Shown: piece by piece, positions 30,268-39,381 of the stretch
How positions within the stretch are numbered: the stretch's first letter is position 1
Layout: each line of letters starts with the position of its first letter
Assembly: GCA_964632485.1 (NCBI GenBank)
Contig: CAZWDO010000001.1
Span: 124,001 to 188,000 of the forward strand
Origin: an uncultured bacterium
GTDB taxonomy: Bacteria > JAGOEH01
Length of the DNA stretch: 64,000 nucleotides
Reading direction: 5' to 3'
Translations under genes and position numbers: made by a program
The notes under the pieces: model-generated
Told to the model about the DNA's origin: nothing
Seen by the model: the letters and a program-made list of their open reading frames with translations, nothing else
Databases searched by the model: none

Positions 30268-31530
30268 ATGAAACGAATACGTGAAATTAACGAACTGGCA
30301 GCACTTCAAATCGTCCGCTCGGAAAATCCGATATCGCGGGTAGCTCTGGCGCAGCGTCTCAATCTGTCGCGCGCCGCGCTTACCGGAATCGTCCAGCGGT
30401 TTCTGGATGGCGGATTGCTGCTGGAAGTCGGCTGGAAACCTTCGGCCGGAAAAAGCGGCCGTCGGGAAGTGCTGCTAACCATTAATCCCGATTTCGGTCA
30501 TCTACTCGCTGTCTCGGTAGAACGCCACCGCATCAAATCCGCGCTCTTCAATCTCAATGCTAAACTGATCGAATCGCGGTCACTTGATTACCAGCCTACT
30601 GAACACATCGACCAGATTTTCAACAGCATGGGCCAATTGACCCGCGAACTGATGGACAACCATTCCCTGAGCGATGATCAAATTATCGGAATGGGGATTG
30701 CGATTCCCGGTGTCGTCCATTATCATAAACAGATGATTGTGGAAGGCGGGCTGTCGCCACAATGGGATCATTTTCCCATCGTAACGACCCTCTCCAAGAA
30801 ATTCAACTTTCCAATCTTCATAGAGAACAATGTCAAAGCCGTGACATTAGGAGAATATCATTCCAGCAGTTCCGAACGCGGTCGCAAAATAGTGTGTCTC
30901 TGGCTGGGCGACGGCATTGGAATGGGCACCATCCAAAATCGGCAGATAGTCCGCGGGGAAACCTCCACCTGCGGTGAAATCGGTTTCTGGAAGTTGATAA
31001 ACGGACTGCAGAACATTGCCCCGCTAATTTATGATCGAAAGCATCGCATCTGGGGGGATATTTTATCCGTCAGCAATTTCATGGAGAGCATCCGCCGGGG
31101 GATTGACGTGGGGTGGAACACAAGTCTAACGCCCACATCTACACTGGAGGAAATCATCCAGGCCGGCATCGATTCAGACCCCCTGACGCTCCATCTATAT
31201 GAAACGTTTGGCAAACTAATCGCTCATTTGCTGAGTCTGGTCATTTTCATCATTAACCCGACAACAATTGTATTGAGTGGACCACTTTTTTATGGCAATC
31301 TCCGGCTTTTTGATGAAATTCGCAACTATTTGATGAGCAATTATTTACATAGCGCCATTGATAAAACCGAACTGCGTATGGGCGCGCTCAGGGAGCATTC
31401 AGTACTGTTTGGAGCCGGATGTCTGGTTCTCGACGATTTTTTTTCCCTACCCTCGCGACATCGGCTTTCTCAAACCCGTTTACGTTACACAAAGATGAAT
31501 GTGATGACCCGTAATGGAATCACATCCTAA
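30268..31530 (+). CDS. ROK family transcriptional repressor (NagC/XylR-like)
   Basis: HTH ISRVALAQRLNLSRAALTGIV, SGRR, GIAIPG, IENNVKA, GDGIGMG, GEIG. Confidence 0.9.
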   Translation: MKRIREINELAALQIVRSENPISRVALAQRLNLSRAALTGIVQRFLDGGLLLEVGWKPSAGKSGRREVLLTINPDFGHLLAVSVERHRIKSALFNLNAKLIESRSLDYQPTEHIDQIFNSMGQLTRELMDNHSLSDDQIIGMGIAIPGVVHYHKQMIVEGGLSPQWDHFPIVTTLSKKFNFPIFIENNVKAVTLGEYHSSSSERGRKIVCLWLGDGIGMGTIQNRQIVRGETSTCGEIGFWKLINGLQNIAPLIYDRKHRIWGDILSVSNFMESIRRGIDVGWNTSLTPTSTLEEIIQAGIDSDPLTLHLYETFGKLIAHLLSLVIFIINPTTIVLSGPLFYGNLRLFDEIRNYLMSNYLHSAIDKTELRMGALREHSVLFGAGCLVLDDFFSLPSRHRLSQTRLRYTKMNVMTRNGITS

Positions 31531-31550
31531 CATCCTTTCAGGAGGAAAGT

Positions 31551-33776
31551 ATGAAACGTTCTATCTGGATCATGTTGTTGCTGACAGTATTGACCAGTGT
31601 AACCCTGTTGGGGCAAAATCCCTTGGCAGTTGACCATCTGTATGTCGTGGCCCTCAACGGCAAACCGGTAGTCATTGATGGCGAATTGGATGATTGGAGC
31701 GATGCCGAATTCATTTATATCAGCGGGGATTTGACTCCCCTCTACAACACTCTTCTGGAATTTGGCAGTGACATGGGGGACCCGGTGGAATCTCCCGATG
31801 ATTTCAGCGCCCATATTGCGATGAAAATGGACGATGACAATCTCTATTTTCTAGTGCATGTCAGCGATGAGGGCGGTGTACTCAACCATGGGCAATTGAC
31901 CCGTGAAACCGCCAACCTGTTAGGTTCCTTCGATGCCTTTACTCCCTATCTCGGCTTATATGATATCGGTTATGAACCTTACAGCCCGCATACAGAGTTG
32001 GTTGACATTGTTATTCCCAACGATACGGTCATTTTGCAAAGTGGGCGTACCTATCGTATCCGTCCGGGATACGACAAAGAAATGGGGAGCGCCACTTATA
32101 ATCCTTTATCCTCCACCCGAGGAGCCGATTACCAGTTCGGCATCCATGCCCAGGAATATAACACACTCCTGTCAAATGGGGCATACTATGCTACAGGAGA
32201 TGAAGTCATCAACTACAACTGGGGATACGTCGACACCCTGATCAGCAATACGGAAGTCGCCATCAAAGTATGGGATAACGAAGACGGTTATACCATCGAA
32301 TGGAAAGTGCCCTTTACATCCTTAGCAGGCCGGATTGCCAAAGAATCCAAACCGCAGTCAGTAATTGACTGGCCACTTTATACTCCTCGCAATGGCGATA
32401 TTCTGCCTTTCGATTTCGATGTACTGGACAATGACCGTAACACGGATATTGCAGATTGGTCGAATAATTTTCTTCGCTTCAGCCCCTACCAGGAATATCC
32501 GGGCACTCGCGGATGGCGCGCCTGCTGGCGGGATTCCTATCGCTGGGGTGGCCGAGCCATTGTCAAGGACGTCAGTGGCGGACGGGAGGCGCAAGGTTTT
32601 GTTCATGCCTTGCTTGTCCCCAACGGCGCCGGAATCACCATCGACGGTGTTCTCGATTCTACTGAATGGTCAATGTGCCAGTTCACTGGTCGAAGCTTAG
32701 ATAGTCCCTATGGGTACGCCGATCAAATCTCCAATTCCGATTTAAGCGCCTATGTCGGCATCAAAATGGATGATGAAAACCTCTATTTTGCGCTTCAAAT
32801 CCGCGATGACCAACCGATTACACAGGGGCAGATCGACCCGGACAAACTGAATGAAATGTATATGCTGGATTATTTTTCTCCCTATCTGGGTCTTTACAAC
32901 ATTGGCGATCTGCCTCGCAGTCCTCATTCCCAAATAGTAAACATCATTCAACCGGATAATCCAACCGAAGTATTGCAAGCTGGTCGCGCCTATCGAATCC
33001 GTCCCGGGTACGATGACGATTCCCTGCATCAAACCCTGGGAGCCGATCACCAGATCGGGCTCAATCTGCAGGAATATGATGATATATTAGCCAACGGAGC
33101 CTACTATGCAACCGGAGCGAATGTCATGAACTATAACTGGGGATATGCCGACACTACCATTCAAAACACCGAAGTCGCTACCCTTGTCTGGGATGATGAA
33201 ACCGGTTTCACGACTGAATGGCGAATTCCCTGGAGCAGTTTCAGTGGAAAAATATCCAAACCATCTAAACCGCAGGCATCCATCGAATGGCCCTATTATC
33301 GTCCTCACAGTGGGGATATCTTGCCCTACGAATGGGAAATGGGTGATCAGGACATGATCGGCGGCGATACCCACTGGCTGGGTGCCAGCCTGGCATCCAA
33401 TTGCTGGATGATTCCGGCTAATTTTACCTGCCGGGTGCGTATCATCGATCCTCTTGGCAATAAACCCCTGGCTTTCGATGAAACCAATACAGCAACTCTT
33501 GTTAACCCCAAGAAAAACCAATTATCCTTTCATTACCCCAATCCGTTCAATGCCACAACCCAAATCCTCTTTTTGCTTCCTCAAGCTGATCGTGTGACCC
33601 TGACTATTCATAATATAATGGGGCAAAACATTCAAACCTTGATCAACAACCAGTTTTATCCTCAGGGCGAATATATGATTCGTTGGGACGCCAGTGAATA
33701 TCCGACAGGTATCTATTTTTACCGGTTAGAGACAACGGGCGGCGCTGAAACCCAGAAAATGATGCTGGTCAAATAG
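31551..33776 (+). CDS. Secreted protein with two tandem CBM9/DOMON-like domains and a T9SS C-terminal domain
   Basis: Signal peptide; two copies of IDG.LD.W...KMDD.NLYF...EW..P; YPNPFNA...WDAS..PTGIYFY...KMMLVK. Confidence 0.75.
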   Translation: MKRSIWIMLLLTVLTSVTLLGQNPLAVDHLYVVALNGKPVVIDGELDDWSDAEFIYISGDLTPLYNTLLEFGSDMGDPVESPDDFSAHIAMKMDDDNLYFLVHVSDEGGVLNHGQLTRETANLLGSFDAFTPYLGLYDIGYEPYSPHTELVDIVIPNDTVILQSGRTYRIRPGYDKEMGSATYNPLSSTRGADYQFGIHAQEYNTLLSNGAYYATGDEVINYNWGYVDTLISNTEVAIKVWDNEDGYTIEWKVPFTSLAGRIAKESKPQSVIDWPLYTPRNGDILPFDFDVLDNDRNTDIADWSNNFLRFSPYQEYPGTRGWRACWRDSYRWGGRAIVKDVSGGREAQGFVHALLVPNGAGITIDGVLDSTEWSMCQFTGRSLDSPYGYADQISNSDLSAYVGIKMDDENLYFALQIRDDQPITQGQIDPDKLNEMYMLDYFSPYLGLYNIGDLPRSPHSQIVNIIQPDNPTEVLQAGRAYRIRPGYDDDSLHQTLGADHQIGLNLQEYDDILANGAYYATGANVMNYNWGYADTTIQNTEVATLVWDDETGFTTEWRIPWSSFSGKISKPSKPQASIEWPYYRPHSGDILPYEWEMGDQDMIGGDTHWLGASLASNCWMIPANFTCRVRIIDPLGNKPLAFDETNTATLVNPKKNQLSFHYPNPFNATTQILFLLPQADRVTLTIHNIMGQNIQTLINNQFYPQGEYMIRWDASEYPTGIYFYRLETTGGAETQKMMLVK

Positions 33777-33801
33777 TCTTTAAACCCGAACATACTAGCA
33801 A

Positions 33802-33839
33802 AAAGCCCTTACACCAATGGAGTAAGGGCTTTATTTTTT
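33802..33839. terminator. Intrinsic (probably bidirectional) terminator between convergent genes
   Basis: AAAGCCCTTAC / GTAAGGGCTTT 11-bp stem with an A-run before and a T-run after. Confidence 0.8.
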
Positions 33840-33854
33840 ATTGAGCGCCTGAAG

Positions 33855-34271
33855 TCAATCTTGATCATCAGTTTTGTTTTTCGATTTCCGAACCGGTTTC
33901 AAATCTTCACTGGTTTTTTTTATCAATTTAAAAACAACTTCAAATTCATTGCCCAATTCAAAAATCTGCTGAATATTTGCGAAATCAGTAGCGCATAGCT
34001 CAATGATTTCTTCTTCAGACATAATTCTCATCTGGTCTTTTACCATCACGGCGTATTTTTTCTCCACGGTTTTACTCCTTTTTAATTTGTGAAACTGGTA
34101 ATAAACTTCAATTGCATCCGGATGCAAATTCAAATAATGCCTCAACTGGCGATGCAGCTCAATCCTTTGGGCCGAACTAAGATTTTTATAAATAGCGCAT
34201 GGGTGGGCGCACCATAGAGCGCAATGAATAATTTCATAAAAAGTATCGCGGTCGGGACAATGAATCGTCAT
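33855..34271 (-). CDS. Hypothetical protein with a Cys/His-rich N-terminus
   Basis: 138 aa; start overlaps the deaminase stop; HCPDR...HCALWCAHPC; family not recognised. Confidence 0.6.
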   Translation of the reverse strand: MTIHCPDRDTFYEIIHCALWCAHPCAIYKNLSSAQRIELHRQLRHYLNLHPDAIEVYYQFHKLKRSKTVEKKYAVMVKDQMRIMSEEEIIELCATDFANIQQIFELGNEFEVVFKLIKKTSEDLKPVRKSKNKTDDQD

Positions 34272-34744
34272 GATTCCTGATCAACCGGATGTTGGCGCCA
34301 ATCTTGCTCGGGATAAAACTCCTGAACCCTGCTATTATCAGGTGGCTGTAAAAGGACGCGTACAATATTGGCATTGGCAATCAGAGCCCGGCATTGATTG
34401 CAGACGGCCCGATGGCCAAAAATATAGATTGATGCCTGGTTCGTTAAATGTCCGTTTCGCGCAGCCAACGCGATTGCATTACTTTCGGCATGTGATCCGA
34501 CCGCCCGGCAGCGCTCAAGTTGAGTCCCCGAGACAATTCCATAGCGATCACGATAACACCAGCCGATTTCCAGGCAGTTGGGCTGATAGCGGGGAGCACC
34601 GTTGTATCCGGTGGAAATAATATCTTTATCCCGCACAATCACCGCGCCGACCTGGTTACGAAAACAAGAAGAGCGACTGGAGACAACCTCGGCGATTTTT
34701 AAAAAATATTCATCCCAATCTGGGCGACACCAGATTTTTTCCAT
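34268..34744 (-). CDS. dCMP deaminase / ComEB-family cytidine deaminase
   Basis: RPDWDEYF, RSSC...VGAVIV, STGYNG.P, HAESNA, CNQC; TGATG coupling to metG. Confidence 0.9.
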   Translation of the reverse strand: MEKIWCRPDWDEYFLKIAEVVSSRSSCFRNQVGAVIVRDKDIISTGYNGAPRYQPNCLEIGWCYRDRYGIVSGTQLERCRAVGSHAESNAIALAARNGHLTNQASIYIFGHRAVCNQCRALIANANIVRVLLQPPDNSRVQEFYPEQDWRQHPVDQES

Positions 34745-36654
34745 CAATGTAACGCTTCTCCCGGATTGACTTCTTTATCTGCCCGCACCAGAGACAAACC
34801 GCCGTCTGGAGTCGCCACTGCCAAAACCATCCCTTCTGATAATTCACCCTTAATCCTGGCCGGTTGAAGATTATTGACAATTACCACTTTTTTTCCCACT
34901 AACTCGGCAGATTGATAGTTCAGAGCGATACCTGCGATGATCTGTTTTACTTTTTCACCCGCATTAACTTTCAATCGCAACAACTTACTGGTTCCAGCCA
35001 CCGGTTCCGCTTCCAGAATTTCTACAACCCGCAGATCAATCAGCTTAAATTCATCAAAAGTGACAACCGTTGATTCTTCGGGAGATTGAACGATAGCGGG
35101 AGTAGGAAGAAGTAACGCTTTATCAATCCGGGGGAATAGAGGATCACACAACTTAATCTCCCAGTTGGAGAAAGGGAACTCGAGCGAAGAAATTTTTTGC
35201 AAGCTCATCTCTTCCAATTCACAGGCGACTCCCAGCGCCTGATAGGCGCTTAATATCTTATGAGGCATTACCGGATATAAAATGCCGGCGGCAATACGCA
35301 GAGCATTAATAGCAGTACTGAGAATACAGTTAAGGGCGGCATGATCTCCTGTTTTAGCAATTTTCCAGGGAGCTGTCAATTCCAGGTACCGATTAATTGA
35401 ACGTATCACTTGCATTGTTTCATCCAGAAGCACATGGAATTTCAATTCCTCAACCAAGAAGGGTACGCGCTCAATCAAACGCTGGACACCATCCATTAAA
35501 ACCACTGCTTCAGATTCAAGATTTTCAACCCGATGAAGTTTTCCATTTAAATAATTGACCGCCATTTTATTCAAACGATTCACTAAATTGCCAAAATCAT
35601 TGGCCAAATCCGAGTTGAGACGGTCAACAAGCGCTTCTTCACTAAAGCTGGCATCTAATCCCAGGGACATCTCTCTTAAAAGAAAAAAACGAAATTCATC
35701 AATGCCGTACTTATCCGCCAAATCGATCGGTTTGACGACATTCCCCAGCGACTTACTCATTTTAGTGTTATCGACCAGCCACCATCCATGAGCCAATATT
35801 GAACGGGACGGTTCAAGTCCCATAGCATGCAGCATAATGGGCCAATAAACGGCATGAGTGGTTAAAATATCCTTGCCAATCAAATGATAATTTGCCGGCC
35901 AGGTGAGGGCAAAACGTTCAGGATTAGACAGATAACCAGCCCCGGTAATATAGTTGATCAATGCATCAAACCACACATAGCATACATAACCCGGATCAAA
36001 CGGTAGTTCAATACCCCATTTCAATCTGCTTTTAGGCCGGGAAATACACAAGTCGTTCAACGGATTGCGTAAAAATCCCAATACTTCATTTCGTCGGTAT
36101 TCAGGGACAATAAACCGTGGATGCGCTTCGATATGATCAATCAGCCATTGTTGATAACGGCCCATACGGAAAAAATAATTTTTTTCGGTGATTTGCTGGA
36201 CTTCGCGCTTACAATCCGGGCAACTCTCCTCTACCAGGTCTTTTTCGGTCCAGAAACGTTCACAGGGGACACAATACCAGCCATTATATTCATCCTGATA
36301 GATATCGCCACTATTCCATAACGTCCGCAAAACATGTTGCACAATCTGCCGATGGTTTTCATCAGTAGTCCGGATAAAATAATCATATTCGACATTCAGC
36401 TTACCCCAAAGATTTTTAAACGTCAGCGACAATTCATTGCAATATTCCAGGGGCTGTTTTTTATGATTCCGAGCAGCCTGCTCCATTTTTTGGCCATGCT
36501 CATCCGTACCTGTCAGGAAGAATACCGAATCCCCCTGGAATTTATGGTAGCGGGCCAGAACATCCGCTAAAATGGTTGTATAAGCGTGCCCCAAATGAGG
36601 ATTAGCATTGACATAGTATAGTGGGGTTGTCAAGTAAAAAAATTGGTCAGTCAA
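34744..36654 (-). CDS. metG: Methionyl-tRNA synthetase with C-terminal tRNA-binding domain
   Basis: YYVNANPHLGH, TGTDEHG, CVPC...CPDC, YVWFDAL, KMSKS, OB-fold tail; likely TTG start at 36654 with AAGGA RBS. Confidence 0.96.
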   Translation of the reverse strand: MTDQFFYLTTPLYYVNANPHLGHAYTTILADVLARYHKFQGDSVFFLTGTDEHGQKMEQAARNHKKQPLEYCNELSLTFKNLWGKLNVEYDYFIRTTDENHRQIVQHVLRTLWNSGDIYQDEYNGWYCVPCERFWTEKDLVEESCPDCKREVQQITEKNYFFRMGRYQQWLIDHIEAHPRFIVPEYRRNEVLGFLRNPLNDLCISRPKSRLKWGIELPFDPGYVCYVWFDALINYITGAGYLSNPERFALTWPANYHLIGKDILTTHAVYWPIMLHAMGLEPSRSILAHGWWLVDNTKMSKSLGNVVKPIDLADKYGIDEFRFFLLREMSLGLDASFSEEALVDRLNSDLANDFGNLVNRLNKMAVNYLNGKLHRVENLESEAVVLMDGVQRLIERVPFLVEELKFHVLLDETMQVIRSINRYLELTAPWKIAKTGDHAALNCILSTAINALRIAAGILYPVMPHKILSAYQALGVACELEEMSLQKISSLEFPFSNWEIKLCDPLFPRIDKALLLPTPAIVQSPEESTVVTFDEFKLIDLRVVEILEAEPVAGTSKLLRLKVNAGEKVKQIIAGIALNYQSAELVGKKVVIVNNLQPARIKGELSEGMVLAVATPDGGLSLVRADKEVNPGEALH

Positions 36655-36667
36655 TTTAATTTCCTTT

Positions 36668-37045
36668 TCATTTACCAATAAATGCTTGATACTGGTCATA
36701 ATTCATCAGTTCGTCGAGTTCCTGTGGATTTGACATTTCAATTTTAATAATCCAACCAGAACCAAATGCATTTTTATTGATTAATTCAGGCTGGCTTTCC
36801 AATTCATTATTGCTTTCCAGTACAGAACCTGAAACGGGGCTGAAAAGATCAGAAACGGCTTTAACAGCTTCAATCGTCCCGAACACATCCATTTGGGCCA
36901 GTTTTTTCCCGGATTCCGGTAATTGAACATAAACAATGTCACCCAATTCATTTTGAGCATAATCAGTGATACCAATCGTTCCAATACCGTTTTCAGTCCA
37001 AACCCATTCATGTTCTTCGGTAAATTTACATAATTTGGGATCCAT
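36668..37045 (-). CDS. gcvH: Glycine cleavage system H protein
   Basis: HEWV, GITDYAQ..LGDIVYV, IEAVKAVSD (lipoyl-Lys), GWI; ATG 37045 with AAGGAG. Confidence 0.95.
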   Translation of the reverse strand: MDPKLCKFTEEHEWVWTENGIGTIGITDYAQNELGDIVYVQLPESGKKLAQMDVFGTIEAVKAVSDLFSPVSGSVLESNNELESQPELINKNAFGSGWIIKIEMSNPQELDELMNYDQYQAFIGK

Positions 37046-37123
37046 TCTCGGCTCCTTTGTTATCAACGGATTATCAGATTATTCAATCCATCATTTCAGT
37101 TTTCAATTGATATTAGACGGTTC

Positions 37124-37687
37124 TCAGACTCGTTCAATATAGCGGCGATCGCGTGTATCAACCCGAATTTTTTCTCCAATATTGACAAAGAGAGGTACCT
37201 GGACAATCGCGCCTGTTTCTAATTTCGCCGGTTTTGTGCCACCTGAAACAGTATCGCCCTTAACTCCCGGATCAGTTTCCATAATTTCCAATACAACAAA
37301 ATTCGGCAATTCAACACCCAGTATTTCATTCGTATCGGATTCAAACAGCGCCTGGCAGACCATTTCCTCTTTCAAAAACAACTGGCTGTCACCGACCGAA
37401 TCTTCATCCTGATGAATTTGTTCATAACTCTCCATATCCATAAAAATCAATTCATCCCCAGCTCGATAGAGGAATTGTATCTCACGGGTTTCCAACCGGG
37501 CGGTCTCAACTTTTTCACCGGCATTGAAGGTTCTTTCAATAATCTTCTTTTTTCTGACATTGCGAAGTTTTGTACGAACAAAAGCTCCCCCTTTCCCTGG
37601 TTTGACATGTTGAAATTCAACAATAACATAAATTTCTCCATCCATAACCAAAGCTAAACCATTACGGAAATCAGCAGTAGAAGCCAT
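37124..37687 (-). CDS. efp: Elongation factor P
   Basis: HVKPGKGGAFVRTK, PGVKGDT, KPAKLETG..VQVPLF. Confidence 0.97.
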   Translation of the reverse strand: MASTADFRNGLALVMDGEIYVIVEFQHVKPGKGGAFVRTKLRNVRKKKIIERTFNAGEKVETARLETREIQFLYRAGDELIFMDMESYEQIHQDEDSVGDSQLFLKEEMVCQALFESDTNEILGVELPNFVVLEIMETDPGVKGDTVSGGTKPAKLETGAIVQVPLFVNIGEKIRVDTRDRRYIERV

Positions 37688-38448
37688 TAATCCTCCTTTT
37701 CGAATTGACTGGCTAACAATTCATATCGTTCGTGTATCCTTGCATGATCGGGATATTGATTCATCAATTCCCGGAACAATTTCCAGGCATTTTTTTTATC
37801 GCCTTTTTGAAAATAAAATTCAGCTAATTCAATACTAAACGGTTCATGTCCAACGCTGTCATCCGGCTTGAAAAGATTCTCCGATCCAATCTCCAGGGGT
37901 TCCTCTTCAAGTTGACCCAAATGCAATTCGGCAAAAACCTGTTTAATCTCAGCCAGTTCCCGGTTTTCCAATCCCAGCATCCGGGGTACGCCTTCCTCAA
38001 TTTCAGGGAAAAATGATGATGTCTGGTCGCTTTTATCCCTAAGTTGGTTCAGTTGGTCCAGAATCACCTGGCTGAGGGGATCCAAAACGAGTATGCGATT
38101 ATATAACTCAATGGCCATTTCGTCGTTTTTCTCAATTTTGGCAATCTCCGCTAAATAGTTTAAAACTGCCAGATTTTGGGGGAAAAGCTGATACATTTTA
38201 GAGAAAATCTCTTTGGCTCGTGGCAGATTTATGCGCGCAAGCATAAGCTTGCCTAAAATAATGTTGCCAATCAGATGACCTCGATCCTGGTCCAGATACT
38301 CATTGCACAACTGCTCGCACCGTTCCAGATCATCCTGGTGGAAATAAAGATCGGCCAGATATAACAGCCAAATTGATTCGCCTTTTTTTTTCAGTTTCTT
38401 TTCCAGATAGGAAATCTGTTCTTCGGGGGAACGTTCAAACCATTTCAT
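37687..38448 (-). CDS. Tetratricopeptide-repeat protein
   Basis: Several LA..Y...G...A...Y/F...L...P helical repeats. Confidence 0.7.
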   Translation of the reverse strand: MKWFERSPEEQISYLEKKLKKKGESIWLLYLADLYFHQDDLERCEQLCNEYLDQDRGHLIGNIILGKLMLARINLPRAKEIFSKMYQLFPQNLAVLNYLAEIAKIEKNDEMAIELYNRILVLDPLSQVILDQLNQLRDKSDQTSSFFPEIEEGVPRMLGLENRELAEIKQVFAELHLGQLEEEPLEIGSENLFKPDDSVGHEPFSIELAEFYFQKGDKKNAWKLFRELMNQYPDHARIHERYELLASQFEKED

Positions 38449-38451
38449 ATT

Positions 38452-39354
38452 TTATCCGCTAACAGCGATTGCCAGAAGAATTGAATAAAACTTGGATTCC
38501 TCATTATCAGCCCGGGAGGTTAAAACCACCGGAACACGGGCGCCGATAATAGATGCGGCGACTTTCGCTTGAGCCAGACATGCCAGCGATTTATAGAGGA
38601 CATTCGCGGAAATAATCTCCGGCATCAGCAGAAGATCGGCATCGCCGCCCACGGGCGATTCAATTTTTTTTATCGCCATGCTGTGGGGCGAAACCGCATT
38701 ATCTAATGCTAAAGGACCATCGAATAAAATTGATCCCAATTGATGCCTTCGAGCCATTTGACTTAAAATCGCCGCTTCTTCCGTCTCCGGCATTTTTTCC
38801 GGATTGATTTTTTCCACTGCACAAATATAAGCGATTTTAGGTTCCTGATAACCCAAACGATGGCAAAACTCTTCGCTATTACGGATGATCTGTATTTTTT
38901 CAGTTAAACTCGGTTTAATATTCAATGCCGCATCGGTAACCATTAATAATTTGGGATAAGAGGGCATCTCAAACAAAGCGATATGGCTCAAAAGCCCATC
39001 CACTAACTGATTTTCCTTCTTTAATAGCGGACGCAAATAGCTCGCTGTGCTTAACGATCCCTTCATAAGGGCTTCGATTTTACCCTGCCGGACCCAATCG
39101 ATCGCGCACGCTGCAGCCATATCATCATTGCGTTGGTCAATAATCGTTATATTCTTTAACGAAATCCCATATTCTTCGCATAGTTGACATATCTTCACTT
39201 CCTCACCGAACAATATGGGTTCAACGACCCCTTTCTCACGCGCTTTGAAAAGGGCTTGCAGCGAATCGGGATCCGCAGCGCTCACTAACCCCATTCGGAC
39301 CAGTCGATTCTTACTTTTTACTATGGATTCCAATTCGCTAAGTTTATAGAGCAT
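38452..39354 (-). CDS. ptb: Phosphate butyryl/acetyltransferase (PTA/PTB family)
   Basis: ALMKG, TDAALNIKP, AVEKIN, DGPLALDNAVS, GDADLL, PVVLTSRAD. Confidence 0.85.
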   Translation of the reverse strand: MLYKLSELESIVKSKNRLVRMGLVSAADPDSLQALFKAREKGVVEPILFGEEVKICQLCEEYGISLKNITIIDQRNDDMAAACAIDWVRQGKIEALMKGSLSTASYLRPLLKKENQLVDGLLSHIALFEMPSYPKLLMVTDAALNIKPSLTEKIQIIRNSEEFCHRLGYQEPKIAYICAVEKINPEKMPETEEAAILSQMARRHQLGSILFDGPLALDNAVSPHSMAIKKIESPVGGDADLLLMPEIISANVLYKSLACLAQAKVAASIIGARVPVVLTSRADNEESKFYSILLAIAVSG

Positions 39355-39381
39355 CAGAAACTCCTTGACGTTGCCCGGTTT

